A stretch of DNA of 43,478 nucleotides from an uncultured Ruminococcus sp. (GTDB taxonomy: Bacteria > Bacillota > Clostridia > Oscillospirales > CAG-272): positions 1-43,478 of the forward strand of contig CAYWTG010000001.1 in assembly GCA_964461155.1 (NCBI GenBank), written 5' to 3'. Positions 35,638-43,478 of this stretch are shown here, in pieces. The notes beneath the pieces were generated by a model. The model searched no databases. It was not told the origin of the DNA and was given only the letters and a program-made list of their open reading frames with translations. The translations under genes were made by a program, and so were the position numbers. Within the stretch, counting starts at the first letter, position 1. Every line of letters starts with the position of its first letter.

Positions 35638-37557
35638 ATGAAAAAAATACTCGCCCTTGCCATGGCAATCGTTCTCACCGCTTCGGCTCTTGTCGGATGT
35701 ACGACGCTCAAGAAGGATGCCGACGGCAACTACGACCGTGGTGCGGTCATTAAAATGTACCTTACGACAGAGGTACTCAACTTCGACCCGCAGATCGCGA
35801 TCAACGATGACGCGATGCTCCAGATCTTCAGCCTTCTCTATGAGGGCCTTACCAAGCTCAACAAAAAGGGAGACTGGGAAAAGGCTATAATGGAGGATTA
35901 TGAGGTAAAGGCAGACGACCGCGACGGTTACTCCATCCTCATCAATCTCAAGGAAACAAAGTGGACCGACGGACGTACCGTTCAGGCGAACGACTTCGTG
36001 TTCTCCTGGAAGCGTCTTGTTAACCCGAACTCGAAGAGCGAGGCCGCAAGCCTGCTTTACGATGTAAAGAACGCACGCGAAATCAACCGCGGCAACGTGT
36101 CAGTCGACGACATGGGCGTTTCCGCAGTCGATACATACACACTCAAGGTAACATTTGAAAACGAGAACGTCGATCTCGACAGATTCTTCACGAATCTCTC
36201 ATCCATCGCGCTCGTTCCTCTCCGTGAGGACGTCGTTACCAGATTCATGTACCCCGAGGGAATCGAGGAGCCCACCAACGCAGTTACCACAGCTCCCGCG
36301 ACCGACGCGAACGGCGACACCGTCACTGCCGAGACCACGATCGGTACTCCCGCAGACTACGAGCCCGTTGAGTACGGCGACTACTGGGCACGCCGTGCAA
36401 ACGCGATCGTAACAAACGGTCCTTTCTCCGTTAAGGTAAACGACGAGGGCGGCGAGCTCCGTCTCGAGCGTTCCAGCTATTACTATCGCGATACCGAGAA
36501 GAACGAGTATCTCGACAAGTACGTAATCCCCTACAGACTCGTTACCGATTACTCCTCCGGCGACGCTGCAGCTCAGCTTGAGCTTTACGAAGACGACGGT
36601 ATCTTCTATGTCGGAAATCTCCCCCTGTCCGAGCGTAAGAACTACGAGGACGACGCGGAAGTCGCCGATATGATGGTAACTCACTCCTACTTCTTCAACA
36701 CAGACAACCCCATTTTTGCCGATGCAAAGGTTCGTCGTGCTCTCTCTCTTGCACTCGATCGTGAGTACATCGCAGATCTGCTTACATTCGCATCTCCCGC
36801 AGAGGGCGTTATCCCGAGCGGCGTGTTTGACACAAACTACAAGTCCGACTTCAGAGAAGAGGGCGGCTCGCTCATCGCTTCCACAGCCGACGAGGCTGCG
36901 GCAAAGGATCTTCTCTCCGGAGTTAAGCTCTCGAAGAAGTCCTTCTCCATCACCGTTCGCAACAACGAGGCTGACCTCGCGGTTGCCGAGTATGCAAAGG
37001 CTCAGTGGGAGAAGCTCGGCTTCAAGGTCGACATCAAGACTCTGAAGAACACAGAGGTCGAGCACACCGACACATCCACAGATACACCGTACAAATACGT
37101 TGTCGACGCTTTCCAGGAGGCGTACAACAACCGCGACTTCGACGTTATCGCAGTCGATATGAATATGTACTCCCCCGATCCGTTTAACGGTCTGGCACAG
37201 TTTGCCTCCGACTTCTCCGGCAACGGCGCGGATATGCTCAGCGAGAATATCGATGTATACCCGCACGTCACCGGCTTCAACAGCGACGCTTATAACGAGC
37301 TTATCGAAAAGGCATACGCGGCAACGGATGAAGATGACCGCGCGTCCATCCTCCACGAGGCTGAGAAGATGCTCATCGAAGAGATGCCCGTTTGCCCCGT
37401 TGTTACGCTCCAGTCCGCGTATATCTCCAAGGGTATCCTCTCGGGTATCAAGACGACATACTACGGAACCACAGACTTCAAGCGTATGAAGATGAAGAAC
37501 TACATGGATTATAAGGAAGAAGAGGCTGACGAAGGTTCGCTCAACGCCGACGAATGA
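35638..37557 (+). CDS. ABC transporter substrate-binding lipoprotein, family 5 (peptide/nickel type)
   Basis: Lipoprotein signal MKKILALAMAIVLTASALVGC (lipobox LVGC). It shows family-5 length and composition. An AAGGAGG RBS is present. Confidence 0.88.
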   Translation: MKKILALAMAIVLTASALVGCTTLKKDADGNYDRGAVIKMYLTTEVLNFDPQIAINDDAMLQIFSLLYEGLTKLNKKGDWEKAIMEDYEVKADDRDGYSILINLKETKWTDGRTVQANDFVFSWKRLVNPNSKSEAASLLYDVKNAREINRGNVSVDDMGVSAVDTYTLKVTFENENVDLDRFFTNLSSIALVPLREDVVTRFMYPEGIEEPTNAVTTAPATDANGDTVTAETTIGTPADYEPVEYGDYWARRANAIVTNGPFSVKVNDEGGELRLERSSYYYRDTEKNEYLDKYVIPYRLVTDYSSGDAAAQLELYEDDGIFYVGNLPLSERKNYEDDAEVADMMVTHSYFFNTDNPIFADAKVRRALSLALDREYIADLLTFASPAEGVIPSGVFDTNYKSDFREEGGSLIASTADEAAAKDLLSGVKLSKKSFSITVRNNEADLAVAEYAKAQWEKLGFKVDIKTLKNTEVEHTDTSTDTPYKYVVDAFQEAYNNRDFDVIAVDMNMYSPDPFNGLAQFASDFSGNGADMLSENIDVYPHVTGFNSDAYNELIEKAYAATDEDDRASILHEAEKMLIEEMPVCPVVTLQSAYISKGILSGIKTTYYGTTDFKRMKMKNYMDYKEEEADEGSLNADE

Positions 37558-37657
37558 TACACAGAACAAAATGAGCAAAGTGAACGCAGGGCTTCCGACT
37601 TTCTCGGAGGCCTTGCGTTTCTACCTTACGGCGAGCCGCGTAAAGGAACTGATCGCT

Positions 37658-38323
37658 ATGAAAATGACACTGAAGAACCCCGAGGAGATCAAGATATTCA
37701 TCTTGTATCTGCTCGACCGGATCGGATATCCCCTTTGCTATTCTGATCTCGGCACGATCGTTATCCGTGACGGCGTGATCGACTATTTTGCGTACTTTGA
37801 ATATTTCTCGGAGCTCGTCGAGGCGGGACATATCGCCGCCGTGACGGAGGAAGCTTTCGAAGAGATGCAAAGCCGCCCCCATTACGAGAAGCTCCCGGAA
37901 GCCGAGGCGAAGGCACGACTTGACGGCGAGGCTCGATTCCCGCGTCCGACGGGAGAAGAACTGAGCGACCCGACGAAGAAGTATTTCGTGACGAACACGG
38001 GACGGCTCATCGCACGAAGCCTGTCGGAAAACATACTGATGGCTTCGATCAGAGAAAAAAGCTACATCAGCGCGATGCGCCACCTCTCGCTCGAGAAAAA
38101 AGGCGCGACGTGGGATCAGACATTCGAGAAGCAGGGCGACAGCTTTTTGTTCAAGTGCTCGATAAAGGATCGCGACGGTGAGGCGTTGAAAATATCCGTC
38201 CGCGCGGATACGGTCTATCAGCTTAATCGTATGCGCATAAATTTCGATGAGAAGCCCGACGTGATAATGCGAGGAATAATAGCACTCCTGACGGGTAATG
38301 TAAACTACCTTTTCGATGAATAA
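37658..38323 (+). CDS. DUF4364-like protein (putative DNA-binding)
   Basis: KIFILYLLDRIGYPLCYSDLGTIVIRDGVIDYFAYFEYFSELVEAGHI. The ATG at 37658 has an aaagga RBS, whereas the track start at 37571 has none. Confidence 0.65.
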   Translation: MKMTLKNPEEIKIFILYLLDRIGYPLCYSDLGTIVIRDGVIDYFAYFEYFSELVEAGHIAAVTEEAFEEMQSRPHYEKLPEAEAKARLDGEARFPRPTGEELSDPTKKYFVTNTGRLIARSLSENILMASIREKSYISAMRHLSLEKKGATWDQTFEKQGDSFLFKCSIKDRDGEALKISVRADTVYQLNRMRINFDEKPDVIMRGIIALLTGNVNYLFDE

Positions 38324-38407
38324 TTAGCTTTTTGTTGAGATTTCCACATAAAATGACATATTTGAGGTGTCATTTATGAAAATGAGAAAAATAAATTTAA
38401 AAAACTA

Positions 38408-38436
38408 TTGACGAAATGGAAATTGGATGCTATAAT
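38408..38436 (+). promoter_or_regulatory. Promoter of the sigma factor gene
   Basis: TTGACG, 17 nt, TATAAT. Confidence 0.65.
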
Positions 38437-38471
38437 ATCAATAAAGGCATACAAATACATCCGTTTTCGGT

Positions 38472-39077
38472 ATGGAAGCGATTACTAAAATGGCGGAAAA
38501 TGATACTTTGTCTCTGCTAAGTCGCGTGCGCGACGGTGATAACTTTGCTTTCGAGCTTCTGCTCAAAAAGTATCGTGCTCTCGTCGATAACGCTTCGCGC
38601 AGTGCTCAAAAGGAGCTTGAAGCCTCGTCGCTTTCAGCCGAGTTCAGTCTTGAGGATCTGACACAGGAGGCACAGCTTGCGCTATATCGAGCCGCGATGA
38701 GCTACGACGCCGACAAAGTCGCAGACAACGTGACCTTCGGCCTCTATGCGAAGATCTGCGTAAGGAACGCCATGATCTCACAGCTTCGACGCGCCGCATC
38801 GAAAAGACGCAGACGCGAACGGACGGCACTCAAAGAGGCGTATCTGGCTTCACACGATACAGGCGTTGACGCGGACGACTCGAATGGCAAGTTTACCGAG
38901 AAGCTTCTCGAAAGCGGCGGCGACGAGGTGCTCTCGCAATACGAGCGTGATGTATTGATGCTGTATTTACAGGGCAAATCAAATTCCGAGATAGCACGCT
39001 CCGTCGGACGTGACACAAAATCGGTAAGCAACGCGATATACCGCATCAAGGTTAAGCTGAAAGGTTTGTCAAAATAA
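38472..39077 (+). CDS. Sigma-70 family RNA polymerase sigma factor (ECF/SigH-like; regions 2 and 4)
   Basis: Region 2-like: RDGDNFAFELLLKKYRALV...QEAQLALYRAAMSYD. Region 4 HTH: ERDVLMLYLQGKSNSEIARSVGRDTKSVSNAIYRIKVKL. Confidence 0.8.
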   Translation: MEAITKMAENDTLSLLSRVRDGDNFAFELLLKKYRALVDNASRSAQKELEASSLSAEFSLEDLTQEAQLALYRAAMSYDADKVADNVTFGLYAKICVRNAMISQLRRAASKRRRRERTALKEAYLASHDTGVDADDSNGKFTEKLLESGGDEVLSQYERDVLMLYLQGKSNSEIARSVGRDTKSVSNAIYRIKVKLKGLSK

Positions 39078-39208
39078 AAAATCGCACACAGTGCGATCAT
39101 ATAAGACGCCCGTATAGCTTAAGTGAGAGCGTTGTTTACAAAGGTGACGGTTTGAATCCGTCGAGGGCAGAAATCAATCCTTATTTATTTTAAGCGAGGT
39201 AACTCAAA

Positions 39209-39490
39209 ATGTACCAGGACAAGACCCTAAAGTGCAAAGAATGCGGCAACGAGTTCGTATTCACAGCAGGCGAGCAGGAATTCTACGCAGAAAAGGGATT
39301 CCAGAACGAGCCTCAGAGATGCAAGACGTGCCGTGACGCACGCAGAAACGCAGGCCGCGAGCCCCGTGAGATGTTCACGACAGTTTGCCACAAGTGCGGC
39401 GGAGAGGCTAAGATTCCCTTCCAGCCCACAAGCGACAGACCTGTTTATTGCAGCGCGTGCTTTGCCGAGATGAGAGAGCAGCAGGGCTGA
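39209..39490 (+). CDS. Double zinc-ribbon protein (zf-trcl-like)
   Basis: CKECG...CKTC and CHKCG...CSAC pairs with the FxF...EQEFY pattern. A gaggt RBS is present. Confidence 0.8.
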   Translation: MYQDKTLKCKECGNEFVFTAGEQEFYAEKGFQNEPQRCKTCRDARRNAGREPREMFTTVCHKCGGEAKIPFQPTSDRPVYCSACFAEMREQQG

Positions 39491-39523
39491 TCTCACTTTA
39501 GCTACATACGAATATATGTAACG

Positions 39524-39553
39524 CGGGGTGTCTGCCATACGGCAGACACCCCG
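39524..39553. terminator. Bidirectional intrinsic terminator between convergent genes
   Basis: cggggtgtctgcc-atac-ggcagacaccccg, a 13-bp stem with T-rich flanks. Confidence 0.85.
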
Positions 39554-39576
39554 TTTCGGTATTTTCGGAACTGTTT

Positions 39577-40515
39577 TTAAATGGCGGTGATCATCTGTGC
39601 AAATGCGACCGCAAGCGGAAGCGTCACGACGCAGAGAACACTTGTGAGCCCCACAGCACGGGACGCGCAGGCGGGGTCGATCCCGTAGAGCTCTCCGAGC
39701 ATCGTGATGACCGATGCAGACGGCATGGCGGCCATGACCGTGCCGAACACGATGAGAAACTCGCTGAGCCCGCAGAGCTTCAGTAAGCAACACACGAGCG
39801 CGGGAAGAACGATAAGTCGCAACGCCGCCACAGCGTAGAGCTTCTTGTCGCCGAACAGCCGACGTAAGCCGCCCGTCGCGATGAGCGAGCCTGTTATGAG
39901 AAGCGAGATCGGCGTCGAAAGCCCGCCGAGGTAGTTAGCGGTCGTCGTGAGAAATCCCGGCAGGGGAAACGGCAGGAGAAAAAGAAGAAATCCGATGAGC
40001 GACGGGATCGTGCCGTAGTTTACGAAGATCTTCTTCGGCGTGAGCTTTATGTCATCGCGGCCGCGCGACAAGATCGCCATGCCCCACGTCCAGATGAACA
40101 GATGAAATCCCACAAGATAAAACGCACCGCAGAAGAGCCCCTCTTTGCCGTAGAGGCTCTCTATTATCGGAAATCCGATGAATCCGCAGTTTGTGAACAT
40201 AACGGTGAACTCGAAGATCTTGCGCTCGTCGACGTTTTTCATGCGGCAGAGCGCGAAGTGAGCGACGGTTCCCATCACCACGTGCAGGCAGAAGCTGAGC
40301 GCGAGCGCGATGAGCCCGCGACGCAGGTTCTCAGCGGAATACTCAAGCGATATGAGCGATGAGATGATGAGCATCGGCTGACCGACCTTTACGATGAGCG
40401 ATGAGAGCCCTTTCGAGAATGCGTCGTCGATCAGCCCGACGCGGCGGAGAAAATAGCCGACTGCCATCAAAAGCGCGAGTGACGCGATCGTGTTAAGAAG
40501 CGATGTGAAGTTCAA
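39577..40515 (-). CDS. AEC (auxin efflux carrier) family permease, TTG start
   Basis: About ten TM helices with an N-terminus MNFTSLLNTIASLALLMAVGYFLRR typical of the family. GGAGG lies 7 nt before the TTG. The start overlaps the upstream gene's stop. Confidence 0.85.
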   Translation of the reverse strand: MNFTSLLNTIASLALLMAVGYFLRRVGLIDDAFSKGLSSLIVKVGQPMLIISSLISLEYSAENLRRGLIALALSFCLHVVMGTVAHFALCRMKNVDERKIFEFTVMFTNCGFIGFPIIESLYGKEGLFCGAFYLVGFHLFIWTWGMAILSRGRDDIKLTPKKIFVNYGTIPSLIGFLLFLLPFPLPGFLTTTANYLGGLSTPISLLITGSLIATGGLRRLFGDKKLYAVAALRLIVLPALVCCLLKLCGLSEFLIVFGTVMAAMPSASVITMLGELYGIDPACASRAVGLTSVLCVVTLPLAVAFAQMITAI

Positions 40516-41804
40516 GCATGAACCTCCTCGGCGACACGATCGACTTTTTTATCTTCGGAAGTAGGCTTGCGGCGCGCTCCCGCGAGCATGAGCTTGATGC
40601 GGTTCTGCTGGTTTACGGCAGACGCGCCGGTGTCGTAGTCGATGGCGATGATGTTCATGTTCTCTCTCGCGGCTTTGAGCGGCTTCATCATGCCCTTGCC
40701 GCAGATGTGGTTCGGCAGGCATCCGAAGGGCTGAGTGCAGACGATGTTCTCCGCACCGATCTCGTAAAGCTCGAGCATCTCGGCGGTGAGAAGCCATCCC
40801 TCGCCCATCTTTACGCCGTGGCTGATGAATCCCTCGCAGAGCGATACCGTGTGGTCGAACGGCGTGCTCGGGCGGAACGTGCCCTCGGCTTTGATGATGT
40901 CGCTGATGTCGCGCTGTTTTTTGAGTAAGAACTTGTACGCGAAGTTCCAGACGGCGCGTTTCGCGCGTCCGATACCGTAGAGCTCGCAGTCGACGATCCC
41001 GTTGTAGACGCAGTACATACAGAAGTCGCAAAGGCCGGGGATGATGACCTCCGCGCCCTCGGAGACGAGGAACGCCTCAAGATTGTTGTTGCCGAGCGGC
41101 GAGTATTTGACAAAGATCTCGCCGACCACGCCGACCTTGACGCACTCACGCGTGCGGTCAGCCGGTATCGCGGCAAAATCGCGCACGATCGCCTCGTAGT
41201 TTTCCTTTACGCGGCGGTAGCTGATGTTGCTGTTTGCCATCTCATCGGTGAGTCTCGCCGTCCAGTAGTCGCTTTTTGCCTCCGCGTCGCCGCGCGTCAG
41301 CTCGTAGGGCTTCGTCTGGTTGACGAGAGACATGAGCAGATCTCCGTAGAGCACGGCGTACATCATGCGGTGCAGGATAGGGAGCGTGATGTTGAATCCC
41401 GGGTGCTTTTCGATGCCCGTGAGGCCGAACGCGATGACGGGTATGTTAGGATATCCCGCGCGCTCGAGAGCTTTTCTGAGCAGCGAGACGTAGTTTGACG
41501 CACGGCAGCCGCCGCCAGTCTGGAATAGGAGCAGAGCTATGCGGTCGGGGTCGTACTTTCCGCTTTTTATCGCGTGGATGAACTGACCGATAACGAGTAT
41601 CGCGGGGTAGCAGGTGTCGTTATGTACGTATCTCAGTCCCGTCTCTCCGATCTCGGGACCTGTCGTCTCGAGAAGCTCGACATCGAATCCGTAGTTCTGC
41701 AGGACGCGCGCGATGAGCTTGAAGTGCATGGGGAGCATATTGGGGATAAGGATCTTGTAATCCTTTTTCATTTCTTCGGTAAATGGAATGTATTTCTGAG
41801 CCAT
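40512..41804 (-). CDS. Acyl-CoA dehydratase activase-related protein (DUF2229-like)
   Basis: ILIPNMLPMHFKLIARVLQNYGF...VHNDTCYPAILVIGQFI...FQTGGGCRASNY. A GGAG RBS is present. Confidence 0.8.
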   Translation of the reverse strand: MAQKYIPFTEEMKKDYKILIPNMLPMHFKLIARVLQNYGFDVELLETTGPEIGETGLRYVHNDTCYPAILVIGQFIHAIKSGKYDPDRIALLLFQTGGGCRASNYVSLLRKALERAGYPNIPVIAFGLTGIEKHPGFNITLPILHRMMYAVLYGDLLMSLVNQTKPYELTRGDAEAKSDYWTARLTDEMANSNISYRRVKENYEAIVRDFAAIPADRTRECVKVGVVGEIFVKYSPLGNNNLEAFLVSEGAEVIIPGLCDFCMYCVYNGIVDCELYGIGRAKRAVWNFAYKFLLKKQRDISDIIKAEGTFRPSTPFDHTVSLCEGFISHGVKMGEGWLLTAEMLELYEIGAENIVCTQPFGCLPNHICGKGMMKPLKAARENMNIIAIDYDTGASAVNQQNRIKLMLAGARRKPTSEDKKVDRVAEEVHA

Positions 41805-41862
41805 AGATTATCTCCGACTTTCCGTAAATTTTGCGCCGAGGTGATTTGAAGCGGCCAAAGTC

Positions 41863-43478
41863 TCAGCGTTCTTCGAGAGCCGCGAGCAGACTGCGGAGGC
41901 GTATGCGCACCGCACCGAGGTTGGTTATCTCGTCGATCTTTATCTGCGTGCAGTATTTGCCGCCGTCTTCGAGTATGCGGCGCACCTCGTCTGTCGTTAT
42001 CGCGTCGACGCCGCATCCGAACGAGACGAGCTGAACGAGCTCCGTATTCGGATGAGATACCGCAAACGCCGCCGCGCGGTAAAGACGCGCGTGATACGTC
42101 CACTGATTGAGCACGTATACATCGGGAGTTTCCGCAAGGTGGGCGATGCTGTCCTCACTGACTACCGTGAATCCGAGGGACGCGGCAAGCTTGTCGATGC
42201 CGTGGCAGATCTCCTCGTCGATATGGTACGGACGACCTGCGAGGATCATGACGCGTCTGTTATAGCGACGTGCGTGATCGAGAGCGCGCTCGCCCATGTC
42301 GCGTATCTTCGCCATGTGAGCATCATACTCCGCAAAGCCGGCTTTGACGGCGCGAGAGGCCTCGCGAACCGACACGGGATATCCGAGCTGTGTGATGTAA
42401 CGCGAAAGCTCACGCGCCATCTCGCGGCGGTCGTTTATGTTAAGATACGGGAAGAAGAAGCGCGAGTGACCCATGTCCTCGAGATTTCCGTTCAGAAGCT
42501 CGGAATAGTAAGCGACGACGGGACAGTTGTAGTGGTTTGCCGAGCCCTCCTCTTTAACATTGTAGGTGAGCGACGGATAGAATATGATGTCGCAGCCGTC
42601 GTCGATGAGCTCCTGCACATGACCGTGCATCAGCTTCGCGGGGTAGCAGGCGGTGTCGGAGGGGATGGTGAACTGCCCCTTTTCGTAAGTCGAGCGGCGG
42701 GACATCTCGGAGAACTTCACGCGGAAGCCGAGCGAGCGGAACACGCCGTGCCAGATGGGCGCAGTCTCATATATTCCGAGCGCGAGCGGGATTCCGATAA
42801 CGGCGCGGCCGCCGTCGATAGGGTCGTCTTTCGTCAGAGATGTGATAAGCGTGCGCTTGTAGTCGTAGAGGTTATATTTGTGCTCCTTGTAGTCGTCACC
42901 CGTGTGGAGAGGTCTCTCACAGCGGTTTCCGGAGATAAATCTGCGGCCGCCGGAGAAAGTGTTGACGGTGAGTCGACAGCCGTTCGCGCATCCGTGACAT
43001 ACCGTGGCTTTTGCGCGGTGCTCGAACTCTTCGAGCTGTTTTTCAGAGAGGAGGGAAGTCTCCTCAACGCGCATCGCGCGAAGTGCGGCGCCGTAAGCAC
43101 CCATGAGTCCTGCTATAGCGGGGCGGACGACGTCGCGGCCGAGCTCCATCTCAAATGCGCGGAGGACGGCGTCGCTCATGAATGTACCGCCCTGAACCAC
43201 GACGTGAGAGCCGAGCTCTTCGGGAGTCGCGGCGCGGATGACCTTGTAGAGTGCGTTTTTGACGACGCTGACGGAAAGTCCCGCTGAGATATCCTCGGCG
43301 GACGCGCCGTCCTTTTGCGACTGCTTGACGGAGGAGTTCATAAATACCGTGCAGCGGCTTCCGAGGTTGACGGGATGCTCGGCGTATCTTGCGAGAGCGG
43401 CAAACTCTTCCGCCGTATATCCCATGCTTTTCGCGAAGGTTTCGATAAACGAACCTTCGCGAAAAGCATGGGATATAC
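41863..43478 (-). CDS. CoA-substrate-specific enzyme activase (BcrAD/BadFG ATPase + DUF2229 region), 5'-partial (frame open to the window end)
   Basis: The end of an ATPase domain (CTVFMNSSVKQSQKDGAS...VVQGGTF) is followed by the Cys cluster CHGCANGCRLTVNTF...GNRCERP. No stop occurs upstream of the track ATG up to 43478. Confidence 0.8.
   Translation of the reverse strand, partial: ISHAFREGSFIETFAKSMGYTAEEFAALARYAEHPVNLGSRCTVFMNSSVKQSQKDGASAEDISAGLSVSVVKNALYKVIRAATPEELGSHVVVQGGTFMSDAVLRAFEMELGRDVVRPAIAGLMGAYGAALRAMRVEETSLLSEKQLEEFEHRAKATVCHGCANGCRLTVNTFSGGRRFISGNRCERPLHTGDDYKEHKYNLYDYKRTLITSLTKDDPIDGGRAVIGIPLALGIYETAPIWHGVFRSLGFRVKFSEMSRRSTYEKGQFTIPSDTACYPAKLMHGHVQELIDDGCDIIFYPSLTYNVKEEGSANHYNCPVVAYYSELLNGNLEDMGHSRFFFPYLNINDRREMARELSRYITQLGYPVSVREASRAVKAGFAEYDAHMAKIRDMGERALDHARRYNRRVMILAGRPYHIDEEICHGIDKLAASLGFTVVSEDSIAHLAETPDVYVLNQWTYHARLYRAAAFAVSHPNTELVQLVSFGCGVDAITTDEVRRILEDGGKYCTQIKIDEITNLGAVRIRLRSLLAALEER
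43415..43478. repeat. Terminal perfect inverted repeat (27-bp arms, 10-nt loop) at the window end
   Basis: gtatatcccatgcttttcgcgaaggtt (43415-43441), tcgataaacg, aaccttcgcgaaaagcatgggatatac (43452-43478). Confidence 0.95.

Noticed and set aside
36199-37578. 459-aa minus-strand ORF
   Set aside because: It is antisense to the family-5 solute-binding lipoprotein gene and has no recognisable motifs. It is a shadow ORF.
39081-39097. Hairpin atcgcac-aca-gtgcgat after the sigma factor gene, considered as its terminator
   Set aside because: It has an A-run upstream and no T-run downstream on the plus strand. It is therefore not a convincing intrinsic terminator for the sigma gene, and it is too short to interpret otherwise.
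42052-43287. 411-aa plus-strand ORF
   Set aside because: It is antisense to the CoA-enzyme activase gene. It is a shadow ORF with no motifs and no RBS.
1-43478. Search by eye for CRISPR arrays, rRNA, canonical tRNAs, IS elements, integrases, reverse transcriptases and DGR-type template/variable repeats
   Set aside because: None found. The only repeats I could see are the 710-bp tandem duplication, the 38-bp direct repeats, the promoter / CU-tract motif family and the terminal fold-back. A computational self-dot-plot would be needed to exclude diverged repeats.

Overview
The window looks like a whole metagenomic contig, or a contig end, from a moderately GC-rich Clostridia-type Firmicute. That taxonomic call is an inference from gene content: DUF3990/DUF3791, DUF4364, Tex, and an rbfA-nrnA-truB block. 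I can support about 35 protein-coding genes. I found no rRNA, no canonical tRNA, no CRISPR array, and no transposase or integrase.

Most of the window is housekeeping or transport:
- a GldA/F/G-like ABC-2 module with a DUF4340 protein
- rbfA-nrnA-truB
- an SbcD/YhaO-like nuclease with a YhaN-like SMC ATPase
- two Gfo/Idh/MocA oxidoreductases
- a family-5 solute-binding lipoprotein
- a sigma factor
- an AEC permease
- CoA-enzyme activase genes

Signals worth a second look:
1. A self-contained three-gene cassette (11.8-17.5 kb) encodes a TerB-N/TerB-C protein, a DUF2791 (BrxD-like) ATPase and an Lhr/BrxHI-like helicase. This matches the composition of the Shango defence system.
2. A 1.1-kb, visibly AT-richer mini-cassette (25.0-26.1 kb) encodes a DUF3990 protein with an ADP-ribosyltransferase-like H-Y-E motif pattern plus two small DUF3791 proteins. 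It has its own promoter and is bracketed by perfect 38-bp direct repeats. This is my best candidate for an uncharacterised toxin/immunity-type or defence module.
3. A perfect 710-bp tandem duplication lies inside tex and frameshifts the gene.
4. Three orphan promoter / CU-rich tract / terminator units look like an unrecognised small-RNA family. Two are in tandem at 27.5-28.1 kb and one complex locus is at 20.4-20.7 kb.
5. A methylglyoxal-synthase-like protein has substituted catalytic residues and sits in an operon with a MinD-like ATPase.
6. A tRNA-like fragment lies in a 5' leader.
7. A 27-bp perfect fold-back sits at the very end of the window and is most likely an assembly artefact.

All family assignments come from motif recognition by eye. 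No database search was run.
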